From: Octopus vulgaris
Lineage: Eukaryota
Length of the DNA stretch: 64,000 nucleotides
NCBI GenBank assembly: GCA_951406725.2
Contig: OX597825.1
Span: 88,660,001 to 88,724,000 of the forward strand
Reading direction: 5' to 3'
Shown one piece after another: positions 43,274 to 58,830 of the stretch (the stretch's first letter is position 1; each line of letters opens with the position of its first letter). Below the pieces are notes generated by a model. It did not search any database. It worked only from the letters and a program-made list of their open reading frames with translations, and was not told where the DNA came from. The position numbers and the translations under genes are program-made.

Positions 43274-43350
43274 TCTTCTTCTTCTTCTTCTTCTTCTTCT
43301 TCTTCTTCTTCTTCTTCTTCTTCTTCTTCTTCTTCTTCTTCTTCTTCTTC
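43274..43350. repeat. (TTC)n microsatellite
   Basis: Pure trinucleotide run. Confidence 0.95.
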
Positions 43351-44369
43351 GTCATCATCGAATTCTTTGTTTCCTCAATTGCTTGTAAAGTACATTTCAA
43401 CGCCCTTGGCAGAGTTATACTCTGCATTATGGACGACAGTTTTATGCAGAAAAAAATATAATTTGCTGTTGGAGAGTTAATGGAAAATATAGAAGAAACA
43501 AATTGAAGCAAAGCCCACTAACGTTGAATGCAATTTCAATTTTGTTCTATTTTACTAAGATAATTTCATGCCTTGGATTGTGAAAATTATGTTTCGGAAG
43601 GATATTCACCCTTTTTAAATGACTAACAGGAAATAAAATATTTTTACCCCACAGCCACACATGTACGAGTCTATATAAATTCATGTCTAAACATTTATAC
43701 ATTTTAAGATTATAATCAACAATTATTTATTATTGCTTTTTTCAGCAAAGAACATACATTTTTAGTAAATGGAACAAAAGAATTTAAACAGATGAAAGAC
43801 AAAGTCCATTGAACTTGTCTTCCGTGTCGGCTGCTATGGTTATGAATCCCCGGTGAATTAGCGATTAAAATTGTATTTCTGTAGCTTAACAAAAACGAAT
43901 AGATTTTAAATGTCATGTTTCACAATAATATACAAATTAACACAGAGAATAAAATGGAAGTGAAAATGTGCCAATTGTCCTTTGGTAATGAGATGGTAGT
44001 GAAACAAACGTTGATTCCTCCACATTTTCATACAATCTCCATTCAACTGAATTTAGAATCTCTTTTTGTAGTTGCGCATGGCTACACTTACACATAACAT
44101 TGAATGTATCACTGAATATGTTGTCATCCTCAATATTATTTCATCCTCCTCCTCCTCCTCATCGTCATCATCATAGTTACCGTTATTATTTCTAACATCT
44201 CTTCTCGTTTCTTCATTCACATTGTAAACATTACTTCTATTATTATCATCACAACATTCATTATATTCTTGGCAATTTTTTTATTAAATCCCCACGACAT
44301 ATTCTCAGCACGAGCCCAAAACGTGTTTTCAAAGTAGTCCTTTACGATGCAAAATGAATAAATCTTTGA

Positions 44370-45700
44370 GCTGACTTATGATCAGAAGGACCACTTCTAC
44401 GAGGTCCTCCTGCAGACTACCTCGACGACAAATGCCAGAGACTTGGTTATTATTGTGGCTCGCGACTTTAATGGACATGTTGGGCATCAGTCTCATAGAT
44501 TCCATAGGGTTCATGGAGGATATGGCTTGGCCCTATGAACGAGGAGAGGAAAAGGCAACTGGAGTTCTATGATGCAAATGATCTCATGATCCGAAACACT
44601 GGCTTAAGAAAACCAGCCAGCCACCTAATCCCTTATTAGTTTGGTGGACACATAAGCCAGTTCAATTAACTCTTCACCAAACAACGAGATGAGCAGATGC
44701 TCACAATTGCAAAGTCTTTCCCAAGTGAAGAGTGTATACCAGAACATAGGCTACTAGTTAGTGACTTCGGAATCAGATCTAAAACGGCTCGAAGAAATAA
44801 ACTACACTGGGAAAGAAGATTATAGAAGTTTAAACCGTCAGAAATTTAGAGGTATTCTAGTAGAAGCCTCTGCTGAAAGGGAGGAGGAGGTGGTAGGATC
44901 CTATAACTTAGACGACGATTGGAAATTCCTGCGGGACAATCTACTGGGGGCTGCAGTGCAAATCTGTGGATGGTACAAAGTCCGAACAAGGTCGAGGGTG
45001 ACATGGTGGTGGAACAAAGAGATGGATGGCGCTATAAAAGCAAAGACATAGGCATGGAAAGACTGGAAAAAAGGTGGAAGCAGAGCAGAAGGAGCCAGAA
45101 GGGAAGCTAGGCGACAGGTTGACATAGCAAAAGGAATAGCAGAATGTAATAGATTTGCCAATGTTTTATAGCGGGAGGATCCTAGGCGTGATGTGTTCAG
45201 GATTGTAAAGCCGTGTGTCGCAGAGAATAGAGATGTGGTGGGTGAGAAATATGTGAGAATGGATAATGGTATGCTTGCACTTAGGGTTTCAGAGATGAAA
45301 GTTGCGTGGAGATGCTACTATGAATCTTACTAAATATGGAAAATGAATGGAGGAAGGAGAGTCTTTGAAATATAGAGCCAATCGAAGGTCCAGTCATCAG
45401 AGTTGATAGCAATGTAAGAGATAAGGTAATTAAGGATATGAAGACGAGGAAAACCGCTGGACCCTCGGGTATCACTGCTGAAATTATGAAAATCTCCGGC
45501 AATGTGGGATACAGCAAGTCACTCGCATAGTTACTCAGGTTCCCTAGGAAGATGTCATCCCTAATAATTGCTGTTGTAGTAGTAGTATTACAGTTAACTG
45601 CTGCAAGTGATGACGCAGGCTGTTGGGGCTCATGGAGGAAATGACAATGCACCGAGATGTCTGGCGATGTGAATGTTCCAGAGAAGACCCACCCACGTTA
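44370..45700 (+). mobile_element. Degenerate RTE-clade LINE (APE C-half and linker)
   Basis: IIVARDFNGHVG, EHRLLVSDF, TWWWNKEMDGAIKAK, MKTRKTAGPSGITAEIMK; multiple stops. Confidence 0.8.
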
Positions 45701-47081
45701 GCGAACCTGAGTTCTAGAAGATTCCTGTTCTACCCACACATAGCAATAAAATGTTCACACATCCTACCCCAACAAGTCAACTACATCCCTCTTTCTCTTC
45801 ATTTCTCCACATTTCCTCTTGATATCCCCTACTCCCCAATCCAGTCTCACTGTATCGTTGCTTCCCCCATTCCCTCCCCTTTTATATACCCAGATTGTCA
45901 CCATTCACAACATTCCCCACGCCAACTCCCTACTCGAGACTTCTTGGCAATACCCTGCCAGCACCTGGCACCATTCATCCCATCTCTGCCCTGGCCCCCA
46001 TTCCTTACGAGTATATCCAGGCACTTTTCCCCCATCCCTCTCCTGCTCACCCTTAATCTCTCCCCCTCTTTCTCTCTTTCTCTTGCTCTCTCCCCCTCTT
46101 TCTCTCTTCCCCTTGCTCTCTCCTCTGGCCGAGAAATTATGTATCACCTTTACAGCAACACACCAGTTTCTGCTCTCATTCTTGGTCATTCTCTCTCTCT
46201 CTCTATTCTCTCTCTCCCTCTCTCCCTGCTTCATTCGCTCCAACCTCTGCATAGGTAACCATGCATCTCTTTACAGCAGCACACCTCTTCAACAGCATAC
46301 CTGTTTCTGATTTCATTTCTTGTTAACTCTCACCCTCCTTTCCTCTCCATCGCTTCTCCTCTCTCTTATCTATATCTATCTATGTGTGTGTATACATACA
46401 CACTCACACATATAGATATATACATACACACATGCTTACATTCATACATGTATGTGTGTGTGTGTGTGTGGGTGGGTGGGTGTTATATGACAAAAACACT
46501 GAACTCGGTTGTGAGGAGGAGAGTGTATTTGATGTAGATGAGAAGGGTATGAAGGAGTGAATTGTTGATAATCTGGATTGTGCAAATGGCGATGATGATG
46601 GCATTGAATATGATGATAATAAAAGTCACCATTCTTATGATAGTTTCTAATTACGGTACACTAATCTTATATTTATGTATACATATTCTTCTATATTAAA
46701 CTGGTCACGTCAAGTAAATATATTCACGCACCAACCACCTAAAGGTGTTGTATCGAATCGTATTGAAAACATTGCAGCTAAAACCAATATGGCATAATAA
46801 TTGTTGTATGTATTTTCAATATACAATAAATGAAGGGATATTAGAAATTGATAGTCAGAATGAGATTCCTTTAGCTGTTATCTCTATAGTTTCTTCCATA
46901 CAATAAACACAACTGACATATATAATCGATCATATCCCATCCGAGAAAGCAACCACACAAAATCATTGTGCTACACCGCTGTTTTGAAAGGTTGTGATAC
47001 TTCAATACTTAAGCTGTAAAACTATAAAATGTCTCATGTGATGCAAAATCTTACTATGTTGTAACTCGGAGGTGTATATTT

Positions 47082-47163
<82 letters not shown>

Positions 47164-47968
47164 TGTGTGTGTGTGTGTGTGTGTGTGTATATACATACTT
47201 GCAGCTAAGCCCGGTTTCACCGGTCTATTTGGATGGTGTAGCTGTGATCGTTCGTTTTTGGTTAGGTATAATCTATAACAGCGGTTCTCATCCTTATCAT
47301 TTCGGATACCCTGTTTTGATTGGAGTCCCACCCCTGTCAGAAAACAGCTTCAGGAGATGTAAAGAAAGAATTTGTACGTAGTCTGTTTTTGAGAGCTATT
47401 CTATTGGACCTCTATCTAATCATTAAAACATTAATTTAATTATGAACCTAGAAAGGAATTATACGTTAATCCCTATTTTTGTAAGCAGTTGTATCCGTAA
47501 AAATATATTTACAGAGAGCAGAAATTGAAAGAAGATATATAAAATAGATGAGTGTGTGTGTGTATGTTTTTGCGTATGTGTTTATGTGTGTATGCCTGCG
47601 CGTGTGTATGTGAGAGAGAAGAGAGACAGCATAGCGAAAGTTTTGGCTGACTCTCATCCTGTACACACCTTGTTGCTGGCGAAATGGTATATGCCGGCTG
47701 TGTGAGCAATTGGTTGTTTTAATGGCAGAACAAACAGGAGAATTACATTAGAAAATGTTTCAATTGATTTTCTCGGTAAGTATGGAGGCTAGGAAAAAAT
47801 ATACAAACCGTATTTCAATGTTTGCACCCGTCTGCACAGGTTTGCCATTTTTCACGCGAATCCACCCAACCGTTTGGCTGTGAACATCAAGACAAGAAAG
47901 AATACAACGACCTCCCACGTCCAATTTATATTATATATATAGATATATATATATATGATAGTTTTATA

Positions 47969-48250
47969 TACGTAGTTTTAATATACTTTTTGATATATTT
48001 TAAATTTATTTTTTATTGTGTTTGTCGACCTTTTTCGCTTTCACTAATCATGACATTGAAATGATTGTAATTTCGCATTTTCTACAAAACATTTTAGTTC
48101 ACGCTAAGTTTCCTAATACGACATGGGCTAAAGTTTTCTGAAGAAAATACGAAATTACAAAAATTTCAATTATTAGCGAAAGTGAAACTGGTCGACAAAC
48201 ACAACACAAAATAAATTCAAAATATATTGAAAAGTATATTAAAATATGTA
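47969..48250. repeat. Imperfect ~280 bp palindrome (MITE/foldback-like)
   Basis: ttttaatatac...gtgtttgtcgacc pairs with ggtcgacaaacac...gtatattaaaa; pairing continues to a ~20 nt loop near 48103-48121. Confidence 0.75.
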
Positions 48251-48379
48251 AAGCGTTTGCATTTTCCTTCTTTTATTTCAAACATATGTGTGTGTGTGTG
48301 TGTGTGTGTATACACATATATTGGATTACAACTCACCACGTGGGGATAATCGAAATTCCTCCCTTTGTGATTATACAGT

Positions 48380-48576
48380 CGCCATGATTGACAGCTAGAT
48401 CGACAAGTTTTTCTAGTATTATTCTCTCTCTGTTTATTCCCCCGTGGTCCTTTCTTTTGAAGAGTGCAGGCTCGAAAGGTAAAAAATTTTCTCACTATCC
48501 CGAGCGTCAAACTAATACATCTGTTTCTTGCTTACACACTTGTCTTCGTCTTTTGTTTTTCTGTAAATTTCAACTA
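48380..48576 (+). mobile_element. Diverged member of the 26130-26340 hammerhead-bearing repeat
   Basis: Shares cgccatg.ttga, ttgaagag.g.aggctcgaaa.gt, gagcg.ca.actaataca, cttcgtcttttgttt. Confidence 0.65.
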
Positions 48577-49058
48577 CACACACACACACATACATACATA
48601 CATACATACATACATACATACATACATACATACATACATACATACATACATACATACATACATACATACATACATACATACATACGTATATATGTATGTA
48701 TGCGTGTATGAATATATTTCTCGCTAATACCTCTCTTCAGACTTGATCCTTGTTCTTTCTGCTGTGAAGATATTTCTTAACAGGTATCAATGTTAGCATT
48801 TTCTTAAAATGATCGAATGAGAATAAAAGTTTTAAGTGAAATATTTTCAATTAATATAATGGCATGTGAACATTTCCCATGGATAGCATCTTGATTAGAC
48901 GTATATATCTAATTAAGAAACGACATAATGTAGTGAAGTAAACAACATGCTTAATCAATTAAAATTACCTCGCAATGAAATCTAATTAGCGTTAATGATG
49001 ATTCTGGTCAATAAATATGTTGTATGTAGTAACGTTTGTGTTTGTATGCGCTTATATA

Positions 49059-49117
<59 letters not shown>

Positions 49118-49141
49118 ATGTGTGTGTACACACATCTATAT

Positions 49142-49197
<56 letters not shown>

Positions 49198-49312
49198 CTT
49201 ACATAAATAGATACACGTATGCGTAAATGTAGAAAGAAGTAGAGTGTGAGTTCTGTGCGTTCGTGTGTTTCTCTGTGTGTGTACTCGTGTACTTAAGCGC
49301 GCGCGTGTACCT

Positions 49313-49354
<42 letters not shown>

Positions 49355-52228
49355 TGTGTGAGGTGTAAAGGATATACATAGATTTTAACAATTTCTTAGT
49401 GATTTCAAATTGTTTGTGTCGTCAATTATGTGTCTGTTGGTCGCTCGTCAAACCTACCAATCGAACACCTGCGGCGCGAATTAACGGTAACATATGTGAC
49501 ATTTGATGTGACACCTGGATGTAAGAAGAAACAAAATGAACACGCATTTGAGGATGTTTGAATTGCAGTATGACCCCCCCCACTCTCTCTTAGATCCGTT
49601 TCTGCGACAGAAGGCTTATAATCAATGAATGATGATTTGGCTGCCTTTATACAAGGAACATATATGAACGTTTTTATCTATGCTTCTTGAATGTACGTCT
49701 GTACGTTCTGGGTACTGAACCGAAAATGTTTACACAATACTTGTATACATTCAGCGACAGTAAGTAATTGATTGTATGTTGACCGCATTTCGTTATTGAT
49801 TTTAAGTATTTTCCTACATATTACATTTTTTTTTTGTAAACTAAAGCTTTGCTACATCTGGCAAAAAGAAAAATTAATATAATTCTACTTCATCATGTAG
49901 GGAGATACAACTCAACGGAAACGCATCGGAATATAAAATATTTATTCAAACATTTCTTACATGTACTACACACATATTTGTAAAGAATTTTAAGATAATT
50001 CCTTTTCTATTCAATATATACACACACATGTTTGGTTTTTTGTTAAATGCTTCATGGCAAATTCTCACAAAAGTGTTTTCAAAGTATTTGGTGATTAAAT
50101 CTGTTTACTAATAAATCACCTGATAAGCATTATATACTAACACTACATCTTTCCGTAATCTGTAAAATACATAAAACGAATAAATCTAACAGAAACACTA
50201 TAATATGCATCATTTTATAAATTAACAAAAAAATAAATTACGTAAACACAAAAGCGATTACATTCGAGAAGCGCCCAACTATAATCTATATATTGTTTTT
50301 GTTTGCAGTTCTTTTGGCTCATTCTGTTGTTATGTCTCTGAATACTAATGTTAGGTTTTCTTTATTTTTGTTAGAGTTCCCCTTCTGTGTTTCTAATCGA
50401 AAGCATTATGTCTTTTCGTAAAAGAAACTTAACCATAAAAGTTTTCAGCTTTTCTCCCATGGTTTAACGGATTATTTTTGCTGATCGATTAAAAGGAATA
50501 TTTAAAGATAAAACTTAGACGAATATAAATATCTTCTACTATGATTATATTGATTACAGTTATTACTGCTGGAAAAATGGTGAAAAGCATCGCAGACAAA
50601 TTCAAAACAAATTTTCAATTGGACGACGAATGTATTTTCTAACATATCTTTTTTTTTTAAGAGAGTGCGACGCATGCATTATGCGCGTATATTAATTATC
50701 TAGAATCTGAACGTATTAATAATTGTAGATTAGGAATATCTTTGAGAGAGTCCGATATTTATAAGAACCAACAGAACTTCCCGGAAGGTACTGAGTTTGA
50801 AATGTATTCTGTAACGCACCATATTGTTTCAAAGAAATGGAAAATCATTAAAAATAATTATAGATATGTTCTATCGGAACTGATAGGAGTTTTATATCTT
50901 TACGAATCTATTTTTGTGTTGTTTTGTTTCGTGCACATGTCATTTCGGATCCAAAAGAAGGAAATATCAATGGCAGTAAGATAAAATTATACTTTCCATT
51001 GTCAATATGAGACAAATCAATGGAAATACCCAGAGGATATCAGCGTTTCTCATACACAGGGCTTCAATCATTAAACCCGTCATCATTAATGGAATCATTT
51101 AATTGTTGCCTTATACGTCTCTTACTGGGATATTACAAACGTCGTCGAAACAACCAGAATAATTGTGTCCCTCATTCTGGTCAGTATCATTAGCAGGTCC
51201 TTCACTATTATCATCATCATCATCATCTTGATCATTATCGTTATCATTGGCTTTACCATTCTCATCATCATCATCATCATCATTGTTATCGTCTTCGTCT
51301 TCAAGTGTATTTTACAGAGAAAGTCGTCTAGCATATAATTTGAGCATGCATATTTACATACACACAAACACACATAAATATATATATGTGAATGTATGTA
51401 TGTATGTATGTATGTACGTGTGTATGTATGTATATATGTATCTATGTATCTGCATGTGTGTCACTGAGGAAGTTTAGATGAAATTAAACAATCATAATCC
51501 CTGTAATAAGGTTAAGGTTGATGAGTTTTCTTCCAAGTAGAGTTAGATATAATCGCACAATTGTTGTTTCGATGAGTGCGTTAAGAGGTAGAAACATCGC
51601 TTAATATGCGGTGATGCCACTGGACGAGTCGAGTGTTACTAATTGTAAGTCTTTGATGTTGGCTTCTAGATGAGACAGTTGTACTAAAGATTATAGAATC
51701 GATAAAAGCGTAGATATCAACTTTAAGAGACAAATTCCAATATTCACCAGGGTCTATTCGAAAGAGGTTAAACAGAGCCAATGATAAGATTTGTAACCGA
51801 AAACGTTTTAAGATGTAAATCGTATATCTAGAATGAATGTGTAACATTTAAGAATATATTTGATGTAAAGAAGAGTTAATTGTCCGGCAGGTAACTGGCA
51901 GGGGATTAACATTATGTAATTTTGAGATATTCTTTTAAAAATGTGAATGGTATAATCATAGCATTCTTTCAAACGCACAAACTTGAACAGATGTTCACCC
52001 TCAACAGAGTATAAAATGGATATATATATATATATATATATATAGAAATTCGGGGTGAGTACTTGATAATGTGTGTGTGTGTATATATAAGTGAATGTAT
52101 GTGTGTGTGTCTATATATGCGTCTGTTATCGTTTCACAATTTGAAGAAAATTGCTCGTCTATGAAAATGAACAACATACAAATTTTAGCGCAATTAAGAC
52201 TTCTTGAGATCACATAACATGAGATGCA

Positions 52229-52665
<437 letters not shown>

Positions 52666-52928
52666 GTATATATACATATATATATACATACATATATACA
52701 TGTCATCGATTTAATTACTAGTCGATATTGTTACCAAAGTTCAGGCTATTTGCCCATTTGAGTTCTCTTTTCATCAGCAATCGCCGACAAGTTTAAATAG
52801 TTCAAAGAGGGACTATTCAGGAAAGTACCTTAACGCTCCTTCACCAACTTCAATTTAACATGTCACTCTAATCATCGCAATACTATCGCTCGTTATATAT
52901 CTAATATAGTGAGGATTCTCTAATAGTC

Positions 52929-53015
<87 letters not shown>

Positions 53016-53140
53016 TCAATATGTATGTATGTATATATACAGAAATATATATATATAAACAAACATATATATATACATAAATATATGCATGCATACAACA
53101 TATACACATACATAATAAATAGACACATACATACGTACAT

Positions 53141-53325
53141 CTGGGATATGTAATACACTGCCTAAATACCAATCTGGAGAAATTAGGCTTCTGAAAAGCA
53201 GAAATGAGAAAGCAAAATCGAAGACTACAGAATTAATCCATCATGGTAAACCATTCCAGAGGTTTATCGTTTCAATATATAAAAGAATGTCTAGATATGC
53301 AACTATATGCATGAGTATACATACG
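53141..53325. repeat. Unclassified interspersed repeat (second copy 60503-60700)
   Basis: ctgggatatgtaa.acact.cctaaataccaatct.gagaaatta.gcttct and tgtctaga.atgcaactatatgcatg are shared. Confidence 0.75.
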
Positions 53326-53569
53326 TACATACATACATACATACATACTTACATACATACATACGTATGTACGTACGTACATACATACATACATACATAC
53401 ATACATACACACATACATACATACGTACGTACGTACGTACGTACATACGTACATACGTACATACAAGATAATTGCTTCATCTTGAGAGAGGACAGGTGTC
53501 CCATTCGAACTATTTTTAAAACACTGCGTTCATGTATTCCACAGAGTAAATCCTTTTTCAGGCCTAAAA

Positions 53570-53782
53570 GCAGGCAGAAATGTTGGCACGCCGGCCAAAA
53601 TGTTTCGCGGTATTTCGTCTGTCTTTACGTTCTGAGTTCAAATTCATCCGAGGAAGACTTTGCGTTTTAGCATTTCGGGGTCTATAGATTTAGTACCAGT
53701 TGCATATTGGGGTCGATCATATCGACTTCCCCCCTCCCATTCCCCAAACATTTCGAGCCTTGTGCCTAGAGTAGAAAAGAGT
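53570..53782 (+). mobile_element. Nin/Deu-type SINE
   Basis: Homologous to 18793-19003. Confidence 0.75.
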
Positions 53783-54194
53783 AAATCTTTTCTACATCAT
53801 GTTACGTTAAGTTCTGGAGAATAAAATACATTTCACTCTTTAAATTCTGGGTTTGGTCGAAATTGCATCTCGCATGATTTATACCAGAATCTGCTAAAAA
53901 TAGAATACAGGAATGACATTTACTAAAATGATTTCATTTTTTGCTAAATCAGCAAATTTGCTTGAGATTTCAATCAATTTTATTGCTATACCTTCTTATC
54001 AATCTGGAGCTGATTTGTAATTCCGCTCGGAAATTCGTTCTAACATTCTTTTTGATGGTCTATCCTCAACCCCTACATACTGCAACATACATATAATGCA
54101 CCTTTACATACACTCATATGTATATAAGTACGTGCATTGATCAATATTTATACGCAAATATTATTCACACACACACACACACACACACATATAA

Positions 54195-54249
<55 letters not shown>

Positions 54250-54428
54250 CATAGATACATACATACATATAAACAGAGAAATATATTTACTTCATATACG
54301 CACGGAGAGAATAAGACAATACGACAGCGGCATTGAGTATTAAATCATTTAAGAATGTACATTCCATTATAATAGCACCACATTGGCGCAAAATTCTGCA
54401 GCTATGCACACACACACACACACACGCA

Positions 54429-54467
<39 letters not shown>

Positions 54468-54702
54468 TCATAATGAGGGTGAGAAATTAGGTATTAGATA
54501 TACACTTAAGGATCTTGTAGTTATCTCTAATAGAGGGCACTCTTTTAATTTTGGCTATATCTTCAGGAGAAGTTACCTCAATCCTTTCTATATTAACCAA
54601 AATATAGTAGATTGACAAATTCACTTTTTGAACCAGTTGAAGTCACAAGATGTCGAAATATCGTTCGCTAGATAACAATGGCACTCTTCTTTTAATTTCG
54701 AC

Positions 54703-54763
<61 letters not shown>

Positions 54764-54794
54764 TGATGATGATAATAATGATAATAATAATAAT

Positions 54795-55352
54795 TGCCTT
54801 GATTCAGTACGAGGCAGTGGCTCTCGTGGCTTCTGATCTTAACTTATTGGAAGTGTTATCATGTACATTGTTTTGTCTTGTTATAGAAGATGGGCTACAG
54901 CAAATATTCTGCTCAATACCACAGCTTTGCCTGTCAGTTGTTTGACCTTAACCAGTTGAGCATGTCCCTTAGTGGCAGACGATATGTGCATCTCTGATCA
55001 CGAGCAGAAGTAGTGAGGGAGCATCATAGCTATGTGTTGCGAGGGATTCTTTGGGGTTTGAATGATTCACCTATGGAAACATGGGTCTTTCGTTCAACAT
55101 CCTTATGCAACCCTTATTCAGGAATCTTTTGAGGGGGATGGGTTACTCGACCAGAAGAAAATTCTAACTGGGGCCCACCTGCAAGTTCATGTGCTGTTTA
55201 TCTTGATATGGGATCACCATGTCGCGCACATATGGTTGTGATGCATGTGCCTGGTGTAGTCTTATCAGACAGTTAGTCATGATGGATATACTGGGCTTCG
55301 TATATTTTACCCCAGTGTCACTTTGATGGCATGCACTGTTCTCTCACTCAAT
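54795..55352. repeat. ~555 bp interspersed repeat inside a (TAA)n array (copy 2)
   Basis: Colinear with 16137-16684; (TAA)n at 54705-54794 and 55350-55560. Confidence 0.9.
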
Positions 55353-55370
55353 AATAATAATGATGATAAT

Positions 55371-55424
<54 letters not shown>

Positions 55425-55445
55425 TATAATAATAATAATAATAAT

Positions 55446-55523
<78 letters not shown>

Positions 55524-55524
55524 C

Positions 55525-55563
<39 letters not shown>

Positions 55564-56575
55564 TCAATACAGTACCCATAAGAGCATCACAGCAAACCAC
55601 AGCACATACCCAAGGCACAGAGAGCTGCACTCGGTTGTGAAGTGAAAGCATGTTATAAAAATGAAACTACTGAATAATAATAACGTGCAGCACTAGTGGA
55701 AGTTCTCGGCTAAATACGAAATTATTTAGATAGTTGTAAGTTGATACAAAGTCTTAAGGTTCAGTGTTCTCTTAGAAATCATATATTCGTTTTGCATTAT
55801 TTTCATTTAAAATAAATTTCTGTTCTTCTGGATAAGGCTGTAATTGATGGAACCCTGATGGCAGGTTCAGTTATGTCTTTCCCATTCTCTCAGCCGTTAA
55901 GTGGTTCATTTATTAATCTAAGAACTCATATCTTTATTTTATTCTGTCTTGAATAATTATTTCTTAAATATAGAACTGTAATGTCTTGAATAAGTTCCCT
56001 TATCTGTTGCAAATACTTAATCTATAGTATTTGATTCGGAATTTCCCTGTCAACACGTTGATACTTTCACGCTTCTTCTAGTGACTCAACCCTTGCTTCT
56101 CTTTATGTCATTCACTATACCATCTCATTCTTTGCACATTGTTTGCTTACATCGTCTGTCAGCCATCTGTTTCGAATATATCTGACGATAGCGGGGTTTG
56201 TCATCGTGTAATCAAAGCATGCATCAAGAAAATGCTGCCAAGACAGCTGTTGTTAATTTTGAATACCACTTGTCTTCTACTTCATATATGTGATAGACTT
56301 GGAATCATCACTGGGTGGCACTTACAGTTCATATCGTTTTGGGAGCTTATATATACACGTATCTGTCTCAGTATATATTTATAAGTAGGTAGATAGATGT
56401 GTATGTGTGTAGTATCTACAAACGACATCTATGAGTTTCTTCAACGTACTGTAAGCTTAATTCTAAGGAACCAGCCAATCTTGGTGCCTTATATATAGAA
56501 AATATATAGGCTCTAATGAATACTGCAGCTGATCCCGCTCTCGTCCTCTCTCTCTCTCTCTCTCTCTCTTATATG

Positions 56576-56625
<50 letters not shown>

Positions 56626-58099
56626 GCCATGCTCGAGGATGTGACAAGCAGCTGAGGGCAGAATCGAACCCAACCCCCTCACCACTAGGTGAAGCGCCTT
56701 CCTAGCCATGCAAATTACTATGAAATATGTGTTGAGACCAATTAATGATGCTGTATAGAATTTCTGCTGTTGCTGATATTTTAGCGCTGTATTATCTGCC
56801 ACCTCGCATCAGTATTCCAATATCTAACATATAATTTTCTCCAATCTACCATTTTCTTTTTTGTTTTTTTTTTCATGTCATGTAACAAAAACTATCGTAG
56901 GTTATTGCCTTGGAAGTCAAAGAAAATCCAAAGTGTTCACAAGCTAAAATATTGCAACACTTGACTCGACTTTTATATTATACATGCAAAGATTTGAATT
57001 AGTGTGTATTCTTTCTTTATGAATTTACGAATAATTATGTTCATTCATCGGAGCGTTTCACTTTGCAGTTCACATAACCGATTACTTTAATAGTTCCTCT
57101 GAGTATTTATTGCATTTTTGGAACAATTTTTCCCTTGATATTTATTTTCAATGATTCATGCATGTTACATTATATTTCTTAGCACAGAAGAGAATAATAA
57201 GCAACTACGAACGTCGGAAGATCGAAGGAAGAGAAAAGAGAATGAAGAAATTAGGAGTTGAAAATTTATGGAAAGGGAGAAGAAAGGAAAGAAAGATATA
57301 TGCTTGACGAAATCTTCATACAAATTATCAAACTCTTGTATCTTTCTGAATATGTAAAAGAGACGTCAGTAATAACGTTAAAAATTAATGATTTATTTAG
57401 AGTAATGAGCGCACGCATATTTAAACTTCTGGGAGTTATGTATTCCATAGTAAATTCAATTATTAACATAATTGAGCTCACCATCAGGTTTCCATTCCTA
57501 CTATCTGCTACTTCAATTTAATTACAAACTGAATGCCGTTAGAAGAAAAATAAAACTTAGCAACTTGAAACGATAAAAGCCATAACAATGTACTGGGTAT
57601 AACACAAACGACTTCTGCAGTTCTTAACGCAATAAGATTTCAATTTTCTCCAATATAAATCTTCCCGAACATTCTCATGTCTTTGTTTTTTTGTTTTACT
57701 CGTGACGACTGAAGAGGTCTTTCCACATGCTTCAATCTTCCAAAATGGAATAGCTTCTTTGTATTGGTCATATCCTCACCACGTAACCGTCTTCGGAAGT
57801 GTATGTACGTATATATGTATATTTGAGTAAGTATATCTGCGTCGAAGCACCCTTTATGTGTGGGAAATGCTTTCAAATTTACGTGAGACAAAATAAACAT
57901 AGCTATTGGCATTGCATTGTGAATCTTATAAAACATATTCTCTTCATTTAGAAGATTGGAAGTTAGTATTATAATCCAACCACAACAGTAAAAAAGAATA
58001 TGACAATACGACAGTTTCACTGAGTCTTGTAATAACAGAAACAAATAAAGTAGCAGTGATGGCACACATCATGTGACCTGACAGCAACTGTAGTATTGC

Positions 58100-58830
58100 T
58101 CAACAACTCCGAAGAAGGTTCAAATGAAATTTATCAAAGAATGTGTTTATATAGCGAGGGGATTTCTTGCATTCGTTCCAAATTGTTTGTGAATAAACAC
58201 AAATAAACCGAGAGCTTTTAGCGAACTTGGAACTTTTAGTGAAATTAAAAACGTGAATTGTTTATGGTTAACCTCAACAAAATCCAGAGATAACATGTTC
58301 GACTTTCACGAATAGACATTGAAAGTTATACGCAGACAGAAACCGGTTCGACCGCATAGTTAAGACGGTTCTTTTCCTGAATCACTTGGTTTCAAGGTCT
58401 ATCCCACAGCGCAAAACTCCTTTAGAAAAAATGCATTTAGAATCAACTTTAAGTCTACCCAAGATATACACGTAATCAAGAGTAAATGAGAAACGTGTTG
58501 AGGAGCCCATGGCAATGTCCCAGCAGTCACACTTATTTAACAGCACGCCGTGAAGGCTTTCATTCAGCTTTGTTTTACCTATGAAATTTGGTCGCAAAAT
58601 TCATGACTAATTATTGCCATGATCCACTGCTTCCTATTTCAGCGCAACACATGTGTCGTGTATTTCTTTTAAGTTGTACACAGATATTTTAGCTTTGAAT
58701 TTAGGAATATCTACCAGCAAGCAACACACGGTGAAGCGCCATTATCAATGGAAGAATTTAATACAAATACTTCCTTGGAAGTGTTTTTTTTTTCATGAAT
58801 AACACTTTCTGGTAATTGGTGTTAGTTTTC
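58100..58830 (-). mobile_element. Possible very old mariner relic
   Basis: WAPQH (WVP-like) and DLETK (YDPETK-like) occur in the right order; otherwise highly decayed. Confidence 0.3.

Noticed and set aside
57690-57812. Possible small exon after a pyrimidine tract with a GTATGT donor
   Set aside because: No recognisable protein and no partner exons
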